Positions 1-11,084 of a stretch of 64,000 nucleotides of DNA are shown here, piece after piece; within the stretch, counting starts at the first letter, position 1, and each line of letters opens with the position of its first letter. The stretch is from positions 1,536,001 to 1,600,000 of the forward strand of contig OY970166.1 of NCBI GenBank assembly GCA_963706595.1. Reading direction: 5' to 3'. The notes under the pieces were generated by a model. That model was not told where the DNA came from. It did not search any database and saw nothing but the letters and a program-made list of their open reading frames with translations. A program made the translations under genes and the position numbers. This DNA comes from an uncultured cyanobacterium. Lineage in GTDB: Bacteria; Cyanobacteriota; Cyanobacteriia; Cyanobacteriales; Nostocaceae.

Positions 1-1128
1 GTAGTTAACACGGGGTTAGTGCTAATTACTGGTGAAATTACCAGTAAGGCTAATGCGAATTATGTCAATATCGCCCGCCAGAAAATAGCCGAAATTGGCT
101 ACCTAGATGCTGTGAATGGCTTTTCTGCGAGCAGCGCTAGCGTTCTAGTGGCTTTAGATGAACAATCGCCCGATATAGCTCAAGGCGTGAATACCGCCCA
201 GGAAACACGCCAGCAGGATAGTGATCAACTATTCGACAAAATCGGCGCGGGTGATCAAGGTATAATGTTTGGCTTCGCCTGCAACGAAACGCCGGAACTG
301 ATGCCCTTACCCATCAGTCTGGCTCATCGCATTGCTCGCCGACTGGCAACAGTTCGCAAAACAGGCAAATTGCCTTACCTGCGCCCCGACGGTAAAACAC
401 AGGTAACTGTGGCCTACGAAGACGGCTATCCAGTCGGTATTGATACGATTCTGATTTCTACTCAGCATACAGAAAGTATCGGGGAAATAACTGATGAAGC
501 AGCCGTACAAGCCAAGATTAAACAAGACCTCTGGTCGGCAGTAGTAGAACCTGTTTTTGGTGATATTGAGATTAAACCAAATCAAGAAACACGTTTCTTA
601 GTTAATCCCACTGGCAAATTTGTGATTGGTGGCCCGCAAGGAGATTCTGGTCTGACAGGTCGGAAAATTATTGTTGATACCTACGGTGGTTATTCCCGAC
701 ATGGCGGCGGCGCTTTTTCCGGTAAAGACCCCACAAAGGTAGACCGTTCTGCGGCTTATGCGGCTCGGTATATGGCGAAAAATATTGTCGCGGCTGGGTT
801 GGCTCAAAAGTGTGAGGTTCAACTTAGTTATGCCATTGGTGTAGCGCGCCCCGTGAGCATTTTTCTGGAAACTTTTGGGACTGGCAAATTGGATGATGAA
901 ACCTTACTGGATTTAGTCAAAGACCAATTTGAACTCCGTCCAGCCGGGATTATCCATACTTTCAATTTACGTAACTTACCAAGTGAACGAGGCGGACGTT
1001 TTTATCAGGACATCGCGGCTTACGGTCACTTTGGGCGCAACGATTTAGATTTGCCTTGGGAGCGCACCGATAAGGTGGAATTGTTGCAGCAACTAGTAAC
1101 ACAGTCGCTGGCAGCAGCGATCGCTTAG
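1..1128 (+). CDS. metK: S-adenosylmethionine synthetase (5' end outside the window)
   Basis: [35 protein letters not shown] and [16 protein letters not shown] motifs; the frame is open from position 1. Confidence 0.98.
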   Translation, partial: VVNTGLVLITGEITSKANANYVNIARQKIAEIGYLDAVNGFSASSASVLVALDEQSPDIAQGVNTAQETRQQDSDQLFDKIGAGDQGIMFGFACNETPELMPLPISLAHRIARRLATVRKTGKLPYLRPDGKTQVTVAYEDGYPVGIDTILISTQHTESIGEITDEAAVQAKIKQDLWSAVVEPVFGDIEIKPNQETRFLVNPTGKFVIGGPQGDSGLTGRKIIVDTYGGYSRHGGGAFSGKDPTKVDRSAAYAARYMAKNIVAAGLAQKCEVQLSYAIGVARPVSIFLETFGTGKLDDETLLDLVKDQFELRPAGIIHTFNLRNLPSERGGRFYQDIAAYGHFGRNDLDLPWERTDKVELLQQLVTQSLAAAIA

Positions 1129-1201
1129 AGTGTCAACAGTCGGTAAAATTTAAGTAGCAGGGGCAGAGGCAAAGGAGCGTATCCTCATCCTCTTGCCCCT
1201 G

Positions 1202-1349
1202 ATATAGCAACGGACAGCCCAGTTAAGATGCTCAAAAAAAGTAGAGACGTGAAAAGCTGACCTATTTACCCTGCGGGCAGCTACTCCGTGTCTACATCTA
1301 TAATTAATTAATTTTTAGGTGTACCTTACTCAGCACATAACTGTTATAG
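1202..1349. repeat. Degenerate MITE-like repeat with TATAGC..GYTATA termini and an internal GTAGAGACG REP-like remnant
   Basis: Starts tatagcaac and ends aactgttata; termini resemble those at 27479 and 46192. Confidence 0.4.
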
Positions 1350-1579
1350 TAGTTACGAAGTTTGACTATTCAGGAATTTTTTTGCTTCTACTAAGTATCT
1401 TTGTAAATATTCATATCAAAAGCCATTAAAGACTAGTCTAATCGTGAGGATTATCTAGTCAGCAATTCTTTGAGCTTTTTCAGGCAAAAGATCATGTTAA
1501 ATGCTAATTATCAATGAATGTGATCGTACAAACAAGACTGATGCGGTCATATTTGCGTGAGGGTAAGGAGGTTTGAGGA

Positions 1580-3304
1580 ATGCAAACTCAAAAACCAATC
1601 CCTGTTGACAGCAGTTCAGAAAGCAAAAAAGTGCCAGAAGTAGAGCCTTCAACAAACGAACTCCCGACTATAGAATTTCCTTCGCGCGGGAAACTCAAAG
1701 CTAGTTCATGGCGCATACATCAAAAAATTGGTTATGGTTATTTTGTTGCCATTGGCATCGGCTTTTTCGGCTCACTGACTGGGTTAGTCATTGCCAATTA
1801 CTACCGAGGAAGAGAAATTAGGCAATTCAATCAAGCCCAAGAGCAAAGAGAACTACTGACAAATTATCAAGATGCTGTATTAGAGGCGCAATTGTATAGC
1901 TCCAATTTAGTTGCAGTCTTGGAAAATTCACAACGATTAACACATAAACAAAAGCAATTTCTTCAGAGTGTTAACACAGCTAAAACTTTAGAGCAAGACA
2001 TTGGTGAATATATAGATACAAAGCCTGATAGGTTAGCCGCAACAAGTGCTAATTTACAAGCTTTATTAGAGGATTATGGCATTAGCTTAAAATTATACCT
2101 TGAAGAAATAGAGACTGTTTTAGAGGAAATTGACTCTCAGCAAGTACAGCCAGAACAAACTGGACTTGTCCGAGAGCAGTTACTTAAAATTATGCGTGGT
2201 GAAACAGCCATGCAGTTAGAGCAACTTTCGCAAAGATTAACTAATATCCTGAAAATTGCCGAAAAACAAGAAAAAGGCCGGCAACAAGATGTAGAACAGG
2301 CTAAAAAGGTTGAGAGATTTATCGTGATGATGAGTATGCTGGTATCAGTGGCTATAGCTGCTATTGTCGCATGGCGCACGAGCCGTGCGATCGCGGAACC
2401 AGTCATCACTGTCACTCAAGTGGCTGAACAAGTAGCGAGAAAATCTAATTTTGATTTACGCGCTCCTGTCACCACTGAAGATGAAATTGGCTTATTAGCC
2501 AAATCGCTAAATCGATTGATTGAACGTGTCTCTGAACGCACAAAAGAACTAGAACAAGCGAAGGAATTAGCTGAAGCTGCAAGTAAAGCCAAAAGCGTAT
2601 TTTTAGCCAACGTCAGCCACGAATTACGTACGCCATTAAATGCTGTGATTGGTTTAAGTCAACTGTTGCAAGACGACGCTACCGATTTAGAGTTATCGGC
2701 AGATTTCATCACTGACTTAGAAACAATCAATTCTGCTGGTAGACACCTGCTGGAACTGATTAATGACATTCTTGATTTGTCCAAAATTGAAGCTGGGAAA
2801 ATGACTCTTTACCCAGAAACATTTGAGATTGCGACGTTGATTAATAATGTGGTGATGACAGTTAAATCGGCTATTGACAAAAATAATAATATCCTAGAAG
2901 TGTATTGTGACCAGCAACTTGGGACTATGTACGCAGACCAAACTCGGATGCGGCAAGTGTTATTAAATTTACTTAGCAATGCCGCCAAGTTTACCACCAA
3001 TGGCAAGGTAACTTTAACAGTTAAGAACGAAAAGACAAACTTACTACCAGAGACTCCTTTTGGTGTGATTACTTTCAGCGTGGCTGATACTGGAATTGGG
3101 ATGACTCATAGTCAACAGCAACAATTATTTAAGCCTTTTACACAAGGAGATACATCTACCACAAAAAGGTATGGTGGGACTGGATTGGGTTTAGCAATTA
3201 GCCGTCATTTTTGCCGAATGATGGGTGGTGAAGTTTTGGTGAAAAGTCAGCCGGGGGTGGGATCTATTTTCACTGTTCATCTACCTCTGACTATCCAAGA
3301 TTAA
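1580..3304 (+). CDS. Membrane sensor histidine kinase (2 TM, HAMP, HisKA, HATPase)
   Basis: Two hydrophobic segments, HAMP DEIGLLA, H-box SHELRTPL, N-box [11 protein letters not shown]-boxes DTGIG and GGTGLGL. Confidence 0.95.
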   Translation: MQTQKPIPVDSSSESKKVPEVEPSTNELPTIEFPSRGKLKASSWRIHQKIGYGYFVAIGIGFFGSLTGLVIANYYRGREIRQFNQAQEQRELLTNYQDAVLEAQLYSSNLVAVLENSQRLTHKQKQFLQSVNTAKTLEQDIGEYIDTKPDRLAATSANLQALLEDYGISLKLYLEEIETVLEEIDSQQVQPEQTGLVREQLLKIMRGETAMQLEQLSQRLTNILKIAEKQEKGRQQDVEQAKKVERFIVMMSMLVSVAIAAIVAWRTSRAIAEPVITVTQVAEQVARKSNFDLRAPVTTEDEIGLLAKSLNRLIERVSERTKELEQAKELAEAASKAKSVFLANVSHELRTPLNAVIGLSQLLQDDATDLELSADFITDLETINSAGRHLLELINDILDLSKIEAGKMTLYPETFEIATLINNVVMTVKSAIDKNNNILEVYCDQQLGTMYADQTRMRQVLLNLLSNAAKFTTNGKVTLTVKNEKTNLLPETPFGVITFSVADTGIGMTHSQQQQLFKPFTQGDTSTTKRYGGTGLGLAISRHFCRMMGGEVLVKSQPGVGSIFTVHLPLTIQD

Positions 3305-3317
3305 TGGCGCATGAATT

Positions 3318-3340
3318 TAGACGCGATGAATCGCGTCTCT
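3318..3340. repeat. REP-like palindrome (AGACGCGAT-GA-ATCGCGTCT)
   Basis: Inverted repeat just after the kinase stop codon. Confidence 0.6.
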
Positions 3341-3397
3341 ACAAGGCGTTCAAAGTTTATTACCCAGAGGTATACTCTGCTAATATGCAAGTGGTCG

Positions 3398-4697
3398 GTA
3401 AGCAACTCAGGTCTAAAGACACTGAGCTTTAGCCCAGATCGAACATACCAAACAAAGACATTTTTCCAAGTAATTGGCACGTCAGCCCCGGACTTTCGGG
3501 CTGGATTACAGACAACCCCAAAGCAGCAATATTCTTAGCCGCGTTTATATCAGCATCATGTTCAAATCCGCAATGCCCACACTTAAAAACTTTCCCGTTA
3601 CGATACGATTTACCTTTGATTGGGTGAACGTGTCCGCATCGGGAACAGGTCTGACTAGTGTAAGCAGGTGGGACAAATATCACTTTCACGCCAGCAATAT
3701 TTGCTTTGTACCCAACAAACAAACGCAATTGATAGAACGCCCAATTATTAGTTCTGCGACGCTCTATTTTACTTCTAGGTTTGGTATTGAGCGACTGTCT
3801 AATATTAGTCAAATCCTCAAAAGCCAAACTAGCGTTCATTCGTTTAGATTCTTGAACAAGTTGCTTAGAGATATTGTGATTCACCCATTCTTGAAACTTC
3901 CGTTCTCTCCCAGAGAGCCTTCTCAAAAGTCGCCTAGACGACCGAGTGCGTTTGGATTGAACATTAGCTCTGACCTTGCTATAACGGTCACGAACAGATT
4001 GAATCTGTTTACCACTCCACGATTCACCCGTAGAAGTGGTGGTGATATCACGACGAACCAAATCGACCCCAATCACTCTGGGAGTCTTGCCAGTTGGCTG
4101 AGTTGGGATATCAACAACAAAGTTAATAAAGTAGTCATCCTTCTTGGTTTTATTCAGAGTTGCACTGGTCGGGGTTTGACCCCTAAGCAATGCAATCTGG
4201 TATCCACCAATGGACAACTTGAATTCAACCCGTCCACACATCAAAGTCACCCCTACCGATTGGGATTCTTCCTTATAAGAAAAGGTGCGAACGTCCAAAC
4301 TGATAGAGGCAGGTCTAAATTTGTGGATCTGTTTAACAGCCTTAGCGTTACCAATAACTCGACGGATAGCTTGACAAACATGGTTTGCTTTCAATCCCGT
4401 CGCTTCACGGACTGGTTTATAAACCAAGTGGTGAAGTTTGGTAGTGTTCCAGCAATTCTCGCGTTTGGCTACTTCCAAAATCTGATTGCAAGCATCAGCA
4501 AAGCCTTCCATCGTGCGATCAATTTCGCCCCGAAAGTCAGAGGGTACTATAAGCTTGCATTTAACAGATATGTGTTGAGTCATAAGACTATTATAACTCA
4601 TCCAGTGCGATTTTAATGCTGACTGCGGTTAAAACCGCACGAGCAGTTTCCCTCTCAGGGCTAAAGCCTCTGAGTTTCCCACATCCCGCGAGGTTCT
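3398..4697 (-). mobile_element. Non-autonomous IS200/IS605-family (IS1341/IS891-like) element carrying only tnpB
   Basis: Related subterminal hairpins at 3406-3426 and 4654-4674. On the minus strand: right-end guide AAAG with cleavage site TTAC (3398-3401); left-end guide GAAA with target TCAT (4698-4701). Both fit the IS608-type pairing rule. Confidence 0.85.
3429..4583 (-). CDS. tnpB: RNA-guided endonuclease TnpB
   Basis: RuvC-I GVDL, RuvC-II AFEDL, zinc finger CSRC/CGHC, RuvC-III DADINAAKNI. Start placed at ATG 4583 because TATAAT (4590-4595, minus strand) lies 6 nt upstream, suggesting a leaderless mRNA. Confidence 0.93.
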   Translation of the reverse strand: MTQHISVKCKLIVPSDFRGEIDRTMEGFADACNQILEVAKRENCWNTTKLHHLVYKPVREATGLKANHVCQAIRRVIGNAKAVKQIHKFRPASISLDVRTFSYKEESQSVGVTLMCGRVEFKLSIGGYQIALLRGQTPTSATLNKTKKDDYFINFVVDIPTQPTGKTPRVIGVDLVRRDITTTSTGESWSGKQIQSVRDRYSKVRANVQSKRTRSSRRLLRRLSGRERKFQEWVNHNISKQLVQESKRMNASLAFEDLTNIRQSLNTKPRSKIERRRTNNWAFYQLRLFVGYKANIAGVKVIFVPPAYTSQTCSRCGHVHPIKGKSYRNGKVFKCGHCGFEHDADINAAKNIAALGLSVIQPESPGLTCQLLGKMSLFGMFDLG

Positions 4698-4716
4698 ATG
4701 ATCTACCTAAGCCGCT

Positions 4717-7041
4717 ATGACAACAACTATTGATTTTCTCAGCCATCTTAACCCCAGCCAACGTCAAGCTGTGGAACATTATTGCGGTCCTTTGTTAGTT
4801 GTGGCTGGCGCTGGTTCGGGTAAAACACGAGCGCTGACTTATCGTATTGCTAATTTGATTCTTAAACACCGTGTAGATCCTGAGCATATCCTGGCTGTCA
4901 CCTTCACGAATAAAGCCGCACGGGAAATGAAGGAACGCATTCAAAGGCTATTCGCTGACGATTTGGCGATGAAAAAACATGGTCAAAAATTTGATTTGTT
5001 GACAGAATACCAACAAATGCAGTTGCGATCGCAAGTTTATAAAAATACGATCAAAGACTTGTGGTGTGGGACTTTTCACAGTTTATTCTCCCGAATTCTC
5101 CGTTCTGATATCGAAAAATACCAAGACGAAAAAGGCAGACGTTGGACTCGCAATTTCTCAATTTTTGATGAATCCGATGTCATGAGTCTGATGAAAGAAA
5201 TTATTCAGAAACAGCTAAATTTAGACGATAGAACATTTAATGCTCGTTCTGTGCGCTACGCCATCAGTAACGCGAAAAACCAAGGTTTTTCACCGCAGGA
5301 ATTTGAGCGGGAACAACCCAATGCTCGCGGGCGGGAAATAGCCAAAGTTTATAATTGCTATCAGGAAAAATTAGCCGAAAATAATGCTCTCGATTTTGAT
5401 GATTTAATTCTAGTACCTACAAGATTATTTCAGCAAAACGAGCAAGTTCTAGATTATTGGCATCGCAAGTTTGAACATATCCTTGTAGATGAATATCAAG
5501 ATACTAACCGCACTCAGTATGATTTGATTCGGCTGTTAGTGACTAATGGCGAAGAAAGCAACAGTGCATGGGAATGGCAAAATCGCTCTGTGTTTGTGGT
5601 AGGTGATGCGGATCAGTCGATTTACAGCTTCAGAATGGCTGACTTTACAATCTTGTTGGAATTTCAGCAAGAGTTTGGCGATGGTTTAGCTGATGACGAC
5701 ACCCGCTCGATGGTCAAGTTAGAGGAAAATTATCGCTCTTGTGAGAATATTCTGCAAGCGGCTAATGAATTAATTGAAAATAATACTCAACGGATTGATA
5801 AAGTTCTCAAGCCGACGCGGGGAACAGGTGAGCTGATTTATTGCCATAAAGCAGATAATGAAATGGAAGAAGCCGAGTTTGTGATTGGGCAAATTCGCAC
5901 TTTAGAACAGCAAAATCCTGAGTTAGATTGGGGTAGTTTTGCCATCCTTTATCGTACTAACGCCCAATCACGACCTTTTGAAGAATTGTTAATGAGAAAT
6001 CAAATTCCTTATACAGTCGTGGGAGGAATGAAGTTTTACGATCGCAAAGAAATTAAAGATGTCATAGCTTATTTAAGAGTGATCGCGAATCCTGCTGATA
6101 GAGTCAGTTTACTCCGAGTTATCAATACTCCCCGGCGTGGTATTGGTAAAGCCACTATTGAAAGCTTAGTTAACGCCTCCAATGAATTAGGGACGACCCT
6201 GTGGGAAATTCTCAGTGATGAAACATCTGTTAATACATTAGCTGGACGTTCGGCGAAAGCTGTGAATAACTTTGCTAAAATGATCAGCACCTGCAAAGAA
6301 CAAGCCGCAACGGTTCCAGTTTCGGAACTTTTGAAAGAACTTCTAGACGAGTCTGGTTATATTAAAGACTTGCACAACCAAGGTACAGATGAAGCCGAAA
6401 ATAGAATCGAAAACGTCCAAGAACTTTACAACGCCGTATCACAATTTCAAGAAGAAAATGAAGATGTTTCTTTGACAGATTTTCTACAAAGTAGCGCCCT
6501 GAGTTCTGATTTCGATAACTTAAAGGAAGGACAAAAAGAAGTAACTTTGATGACTTTGCACGCTTCCAAAGGTCTGGAATTTCCCGTAGTCTTTTTGGTA
6601 GGGTTAGAACAGGGACTATTTCCTAGTAACCGTTCCATAGACGATCCAAAATCTTTAGAGGAAGAACGCCGCCTGTGTTATGTGGGGATTACTCGCGCCC
6701 AAGAACGGTTATATTTGTCACACGCTCGTGAACGCCGCTTGTATGGTTCTCGTGAACCGGCAATGCGATCGCAATTTCTCAACGAATTACCAGAAGAACT
6801 ATTAAATACGCGTAATAAAGGCCGTCATACGCAGACGAAAACTGCTGCTAAGGCTGGCGGTAAGCCTTATACACCCCAAACTTGGCAAGTAGGCGATCGC
6901 GTCTTACATAAATCTTTTGGTATAGGTGAAATTACGCACGTTTTCGGACAAGATGATAAAGTGTCTGTGGCGGTTAAATTCGCCAGTTTGGGACAAAAAA
7001 TTGTTGACCCCAGAATAGCGCAGTTGCAAAAAGTGGAGTAA
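4717..7041 (+). CDS. pcrA: ATP-dependent DNA helicase PcrA/UvrD
   Basis: AGAGSGKT, TFTNKAA, LVDEYQDTN, VGDADQS, LHASKGLEF and EERRLCYVGITRA motifs; C-terminal Tudor-like tail. Confidence 0.97.
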   Translation: MTTTIDFLSHLNPSQRQAVEHYCGPLLVVAGAGSGKTRALTYRIANLILKHRVDPEHILAVTFTNKAAREMKERIQRLFADDLAMKKHGQKFDLLTEYQQMQLRSQVYKNTIKDLWCGTFHSLFSRILRSDIEKYQDEKGRRWTRNFSIFDESDVMSLMKEIIQKQLNLDDRTFNARSVRYAISNAKNQGFSPQEFEREQPNARGREIAKVYNCYQEKLAENNALDFDDLILVPTRLFQQNEQVLDYWHRKFEHILVDEYQDTNRTQYDLIRLLVTNGEESNSAWEWQNRSVFVVGDADQSIYSFRMADFTILLEFQQEFGDGLADDDTRSMVKLEENYRSCENILQAANELIENNTQRIDKVLKPTRGTGELIYCHKADNEMEEAEFVIGQIRTLEQQNPELDWGSFAILYRTNAQSRPFEELLMRNQIPYTVVGGMKFYDRKEIKDVIAYLRVIANPADRVSLLRVINTPRRGIGKATIESLVNASNELGTTLWEILSDETSVNTLAGRSAKAVNNFAKMISTCKEQAATVPVSELLKELLDESGYIKDLHNQGTDEAENRIENVQELYNAVSQFQEENEDVSLTDFLQSSALSSDFDNLKEGQKEVTLMTLHASKGLEFPVVFLVGLEQGLFPSNRSIDDPKSLEEERRLCYVGITRAQERLYLSHARERRLYGSREPAMRSQFLNELPEELLNTRNKGRHTQTKTAAKAGGKPYTPQTWQVGDRVLHKSFGIGEITHVFGQDDKVSVAVKFASLGQKIVDPRIAQLQKVE

Positions 7042-7129
7042 TGAATTAATTTCACGCACCAGGCGCAGAGTCGCAGAGAGTCCAGTTGATGTGATTTAGT
7101 GTAGTGCGATCGCTGACATCTTAACTCAA

Positions 7130-7780
7130 TTAAAAATAATTATTGAGTAAATAGATAATTGCCGCACAAAACGGCGTATATTGCCCATTAGAATCCATTT
7201 GCTCATAACCTTGAGCAAGTTGCTGGATTTCTGCATCAGTCAAATCTTCAATACCTAATAATGCAGCATCAATTGCAACTTTTCGCATATTTTGCAGTTT
7301 GCTAATGTTAAGTTCAAGCTTCTCAATTGTTGTTTCAGCAGCAGCTTTTTTACCTGAATCATCTGTTGGCAAAATTTCCCCAGAAGCAGGGTAGCGAAAA
7401 AAATCAGCACAGTTGATTTCCAGAGGCGAAACCATTAAACGCTCATCGTACCAATATTTTTTCTGATGTCCACAATGTACTGGAATAGGAGGAGGTTCTT
7501 CACTTTCTCCTTGACATGAAGCAATAAAATTTGTGTACTCCAGCGCCAAATCTGGATAAGCGCTGCGAGGCTGGAGATGTTCTATATGGCTATTTTTTCT
7601 AGTGATACGCATTCCACAATAGCAACAGATATAACCCTGTTCTTGTAGCAAAGCATCATGTACAATCGGTTTTTCTGGCGCTTGAAAATTATCATCCCAG
7701 CTAGGTTTCCAATGATCATTTTCTAAAGCTTTCCAACTAGAAAACTTTTCTGGTTCCTGATTTTTTTTGATATACTTCAT
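7130..7780 (-). CDS. HNH endonuclease, PtuB / TIGR02646-like
   Basis: EQGYICCYCG...HIEHLQPRS...YTNFIASC...HCGHQK; 4-bp ATGA overlap with the ATPase gene. Confidence 0.85.
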   Translation of the reverse strand: MKYIKKNQEPEKFSSWKALENDHWKPSWDDNFQAPEKPIVHDALLQEQGYICCYCGMRITRKNSHIEHLQPRSAYPDLALEYTNFIASCQGESEEPPPIPVHCGHQKKYWYDERLMVSPLEINCADFFRYPASGEILPTDDSGKKAAAETTIEKLELNISKLQNMRKVAIDAALLGIEDLTDAEIQQLAQGYEQMDSNGQYTPFCAAIIYLLNNYF

Positions 7781-9033
7781 CGATTGAGAATTTCCTTGCG
7801 TCGGATGAGTACATCTGCTTTCACAAACTCTGGTTCATCTATTCCAATTTCATTCGCTAACTGTTGACGTAAATTCCTAGCACTTTCTAAATTTCCGGCA
7901 TCAATAAGTCTAAACAGTTCTAAAAGTCTTTCTTTGATTTTCTGTGGACGTTCAGGAACATCCATCAAGTCTTCTAAAATACGATTGCTATCTCTCCCAA
8001 AGGAACTTTCTGGTCGTTTAGCGATAACACCTTTATCTGTTTTTTCTAAAATATAAATTCCTTCTGGTTTCACATTGCTAATTACTTGGGGGGAATGAGT
8101 AGTAACAATAAATTGACAATTAGGAAATGTTCTTGTCAAATCTGGAATAATTCCTCTTTGCCATTTCGGGTGTAAGTGCAGTTCAATTTCATCAATTAAA
8201 ATAATACCACTACCTTGCAGAGGGTCTGATAAACCTGGATTAGCAATTGCCAAACGTCTGGCTAAATCTCCCACCATTGCCAGCAAGCATTTCTCACCAT
8301 CAGATAGCTGATTAACTATAAGTTCTTCACCTTGTTTTTGTAAAGTCATTCTTAACGGAGAACGCCGTACCCGTAAGTTAGAAAAATCTGGAATCAGTGA
8401 AGATATGGCTTGTCTCACTGCTTCTAATTGCACATCTTGGTAATCACGTTTATCTCGTAAAAATTCACTCTCTAAATCTTCTCTATTTCTAAACCATTGA
8501 AAAAAACTCGAAAAATTATATCTGCTACCTATAAGGGCTTTTTCATAAGCCTCTATTTGTTTAAACTGAGTTTTGTTTTGAATCTCTAAACTAATATCAA
8601 TAACAGCGCGATTTACAGGATAGTAAACTGCTAATGGTAGATTGTATTCAGGCTCATTTTGCCAATGTCGCCAAATTGCATTAGCAGCGGCTTTGATCTT
8701 TTCATGACCTGAATCTTTAGATTCTTGATTATGACCTCGGTAAATTTCCCAATTATTTTCACCACCACGAGATGAAACAGTAGTAATATTTAGTCTTGTT
8801 AATGAGTCCTTATTAGAAATATCCTGTTCACTAAATGCTCTTACTTTTTCCGTGGAAGAAATGCCTCCAATCCATTCCAAAAAACGAGAAAGTAAGAGAG
8901 AAAGTGCATCAAGAATACTTGATTTACCTACGCCGTTAATACCTATAAGTACCGTTGGTTCATTTTGATTAAAATCCAACGTCAAATCGCCGATTCCACG
9001 GAAGGATTGCATTTTTAGGCGCTTGACTTTCAT
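7777..9033 (-). CDS. ABC-type/AAA ATPase, PtuA-like
   Basis: Walker A GINGVGKS, signature LSDGEK, Walker B LIDEIELHLHPKWQ, H-loop TTHSP. Confidence 0.88.
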   Translation of the reverse strand: MKVKRLKMQSFRGIGDLTLDFNQNEPTVLIGINGVGKSSILDALSLLLSRFLEWIGGISSTEKVRAFSEQDISNKDSLTRLNITTVSSRGGENNWEIYRGHNQESKDSGHEKIKAAANAIWRHWQNEPEYNLPLAVYYPVNRAVIDISLEIQNKTQFKQIEAYEKALIGSRYNFSSFFQWFRNREDLESEFLRDKRDYQDVQLEAVRQAISSLIPDFSNLRVRRSPLRMTLQKQGEELIVNQLSDGEKCLLAMVGDLARRLAIANPGLSDPLQGSGIILIDEIELHLHPKWQRGIIPDLTRTFPNCQFIVTTHSPQVISNVKPEGIYILEKTDKGVIAKRPESSFGRDSNRILEDLMDVPERPQKIKERLLELFRLIDAGNLESARNLRQQLANEIGIDEPEFVKADVLIRRKEILNR

Positions 9034-9069
9034 AGTTTTAACTCAACAGAATACAGTTTATTTGCTAGT

Positions 9070-9108
9070 CCCCTCCTCGCTTGCGGGGAGGGGGTTGGGG
9101 GTGGGGTT
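9070..9108. repeat. Dispersed palindromic repeat (CCCCTCCTCGCTTGCGGGGAGGGG)
   Basis: Hairpin; a related copy lies near 34189-34225. Confidence 0.6.
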
Positions 9109-9138
9109 CAAGTACCTACTCAACTGAGAAACGCTATA

Positions 9139-10053
9139 TTAAGCAGACTGAAACTTAATAACACCATAATCAAAAACCCGTTTATCAGTACCCATAGCAC
9201 TCACTTCAATTCTATCTGGATACACGTCATAGGCAGCAAAAGCCAATCTGTCAGCAGAACGTTGTGTCCACTTAGAACGCCCTACAGCACGAACACCTGC
9301 ACCACTCCCAGTAGTTAAATAAGTTGTGCCATCAATAGCATGAGTACGCTCATAATGGTGGTCGTGACCATTGATGTAAAGTTGCACATTGTACTGTTTA
9401 AACAAAGGCGTGAAACGTTTAATCAGTGTTTGACTAACTCCATAGTGTCCTGATGAATAAAAGGGATTATGCCCAAATACCACTTTCCAAGGTGCATCAC
9501 TAAGGCTTAATTCTTCCTCTAACCAAACTACTTGTTTTTCCCAATCAGCATTACCGTTAGTATCTAAAGCGAAAAACTGCACAGCGTCACGGCGAAATGT
9601 GTAATAACGCCCCTTCATATTAAAACCGGGATATTTAATTTGTGGATCACCGTTCTCGGTGCGAATATCGTGATTACCTAAACAAGCATGAAATTTTACG
9701 CCCTGAGATAATAATTCTTTGTAGGGACGTTCAAAAACTGCACCGATTTTTTCAATTTCGCCATTGTTGTAAATGTTGTCTCCTGCTAAAACCACTAAAT
9801 CATAAGGCTTTTGCTGGTGATAATAATTCATCGCCCCAGCTACAGCATATTGACCTCTAGCGCCCGTTCCTGTGTCTGCAACGGAGGTAAAACGCAATAG
9901 TAAGTTCTTTTTGGGTGGGGTGGCGGCTATCACTGCTGAACTTGAAAGATCAGCAATTTGGCTATTTTGACGAGCTAGCTTCCAGCCTACAAGTCCTGTT
10001 CCCATAGTGCCAAGAGTACCTAAAAATAAGAATTGACGGCGTTTCAGGTTCAT
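9139..10053 (-). CDS. Calcineurin-like metallophosphoesterase with Tat signal
   Basis: KRRQFL twin-arginine motif; ADTG, GDNIY, GNHD and GHDH motifs. Confidence 0.92.
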   Translation of the reverse strand: MNLKRRQFLFLGTLGTMGTGLVGWKLARQNSQIADLSSSAVIAATPPKKNLLLRFTSVADTGTGARGQYAVAGAMNYYHQQKPYDLVVLAGDNIYNNGEIEKIGAVFERPYKELLSQGVKFHACLGNHDIRTENGDPQIKYPGFNMKGRYYTFRRDAVQFFALDTNGNADWEKQVVWLEEELSLSDAPWKVVFGHNPFYSSGHYGVSQTLIKRFTPLFKQYNVQLYINGHDHHYERTHAIDGTTYLTTGSGAGVRAVGRSKWTQRSADRLAFAAYDVYPDRIEVSAMGTDKRVFDYGVIKFQSA

Positions 10054-10179
10054 AAACTTACCAAACTCAATATTTAGTCAGTTTAGCAGCACTTTTTTGG
10101 TGATACATTAAGGCAACAGGCCGCAGGATTAATAATGCCAGTTATTTGTGTTTGAGTCGCTGCTTTTGGGAAAAGTTCC

Positions 10180-11067
10180 ATGTCACAAGACAATCAAAAT
10201 CCACAACCTGATTCTTCGCCCCAACTACCGATTTGGAAAGTTAAAATCATCCAAATTCTCAGGGGGACGATGGGAATTTTAGAAACGGCGGTAGTCAAAC
10301 TGGAAACTTCACCTCCCCCAGGGACGGAAGCAACTCCCGGTTTTTGGCAAGGTCTGGAAACACAATGGAATAGATTTTTACGACAAGTTCGTTTGTTTAT
10401 ACCTTCAAGTGTATCTAACAATCTGTCAGATACAGTGTTGACGGGAATTATTGCGGTAATTACTGTGGTGGTATTTTGGTCAACTGCAACGGTTTTTACT
10501 CAGAAGCCGACTGAAGTCGCAACGGTTCCCCCAGTTGAGGAAGTTCCCGCACCTACTCCGACAATAACTATTCCACCGGAGTTAACAGTACCGGAACCAA
10601 TTCCCACGCCGGAAGCAATACCAAAAGCTACACCCGAACCAATTCCAGAACCAATTTCAGAACCGGAACCAATTCCAGAACCAATTCCAGAACCAATTCC
10701 AGAAGCTACACCCGAACCGGAACCGGAACCAACGCCGATTATAAAATTGACACCAGAAGAATCTTTGATTGCAGCTATTGAAAATCAAGTAGCCGAAATT
10801 AGCGATCGCTTTGCATCTGGTCTGATACAGTCAATACAAGCTAACTTCCGTACCAGTAATTTGACTATCAAAATTAATGATGATTGGTACACCCTCCCAG
10901 AATCGCAACAAAAGCAACTAGCGGCGGAAATATTACAACGCGCTCAAGAACTTGATTTTACTCATTTAGAAATTCTCGACTCCCAAGATAAGCTGATAGC
11001 CCGTAACCCAGTTGTTGGTAATGAGATGATTATTTTTCAACAGTACAGAAACCAACCATCAAATTAG
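10180..11067 (+). CDS. Hypothetical single-TM protein with Pro/Glu-rich linker
   Basis: Long ORF, one TM segment, PEPI tandem repeats. Confidence 0.8.
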   Translation: MSQDNQNPQPDSSPQLPIWKVKIIQILRGTMGILETAVVKLETSPPPGTEATPGFWQGLETQWNRFLRQVRLFIPSSVSNNLSDTVLTGIIAVITVVVFWSTATVFTQKPTEVATVPPVEEVPAPTPTITIPPELTVPEPIPTPEAIPKATPEPIPEPISEPEPIPEPIPEPIPEATPEPEPEPTPIIKLTPEESLIAAIENQVAEISDRFASGLIQSIQANFRTSNLTIKINDDWYTLPESQQKQLAAEILQRAQELDFTHLEILDSQDKLIARNPVVGNEMIIFQQYRNQPSN

Positions 11068-11084
11068 CACAATAGGACTTCGAT

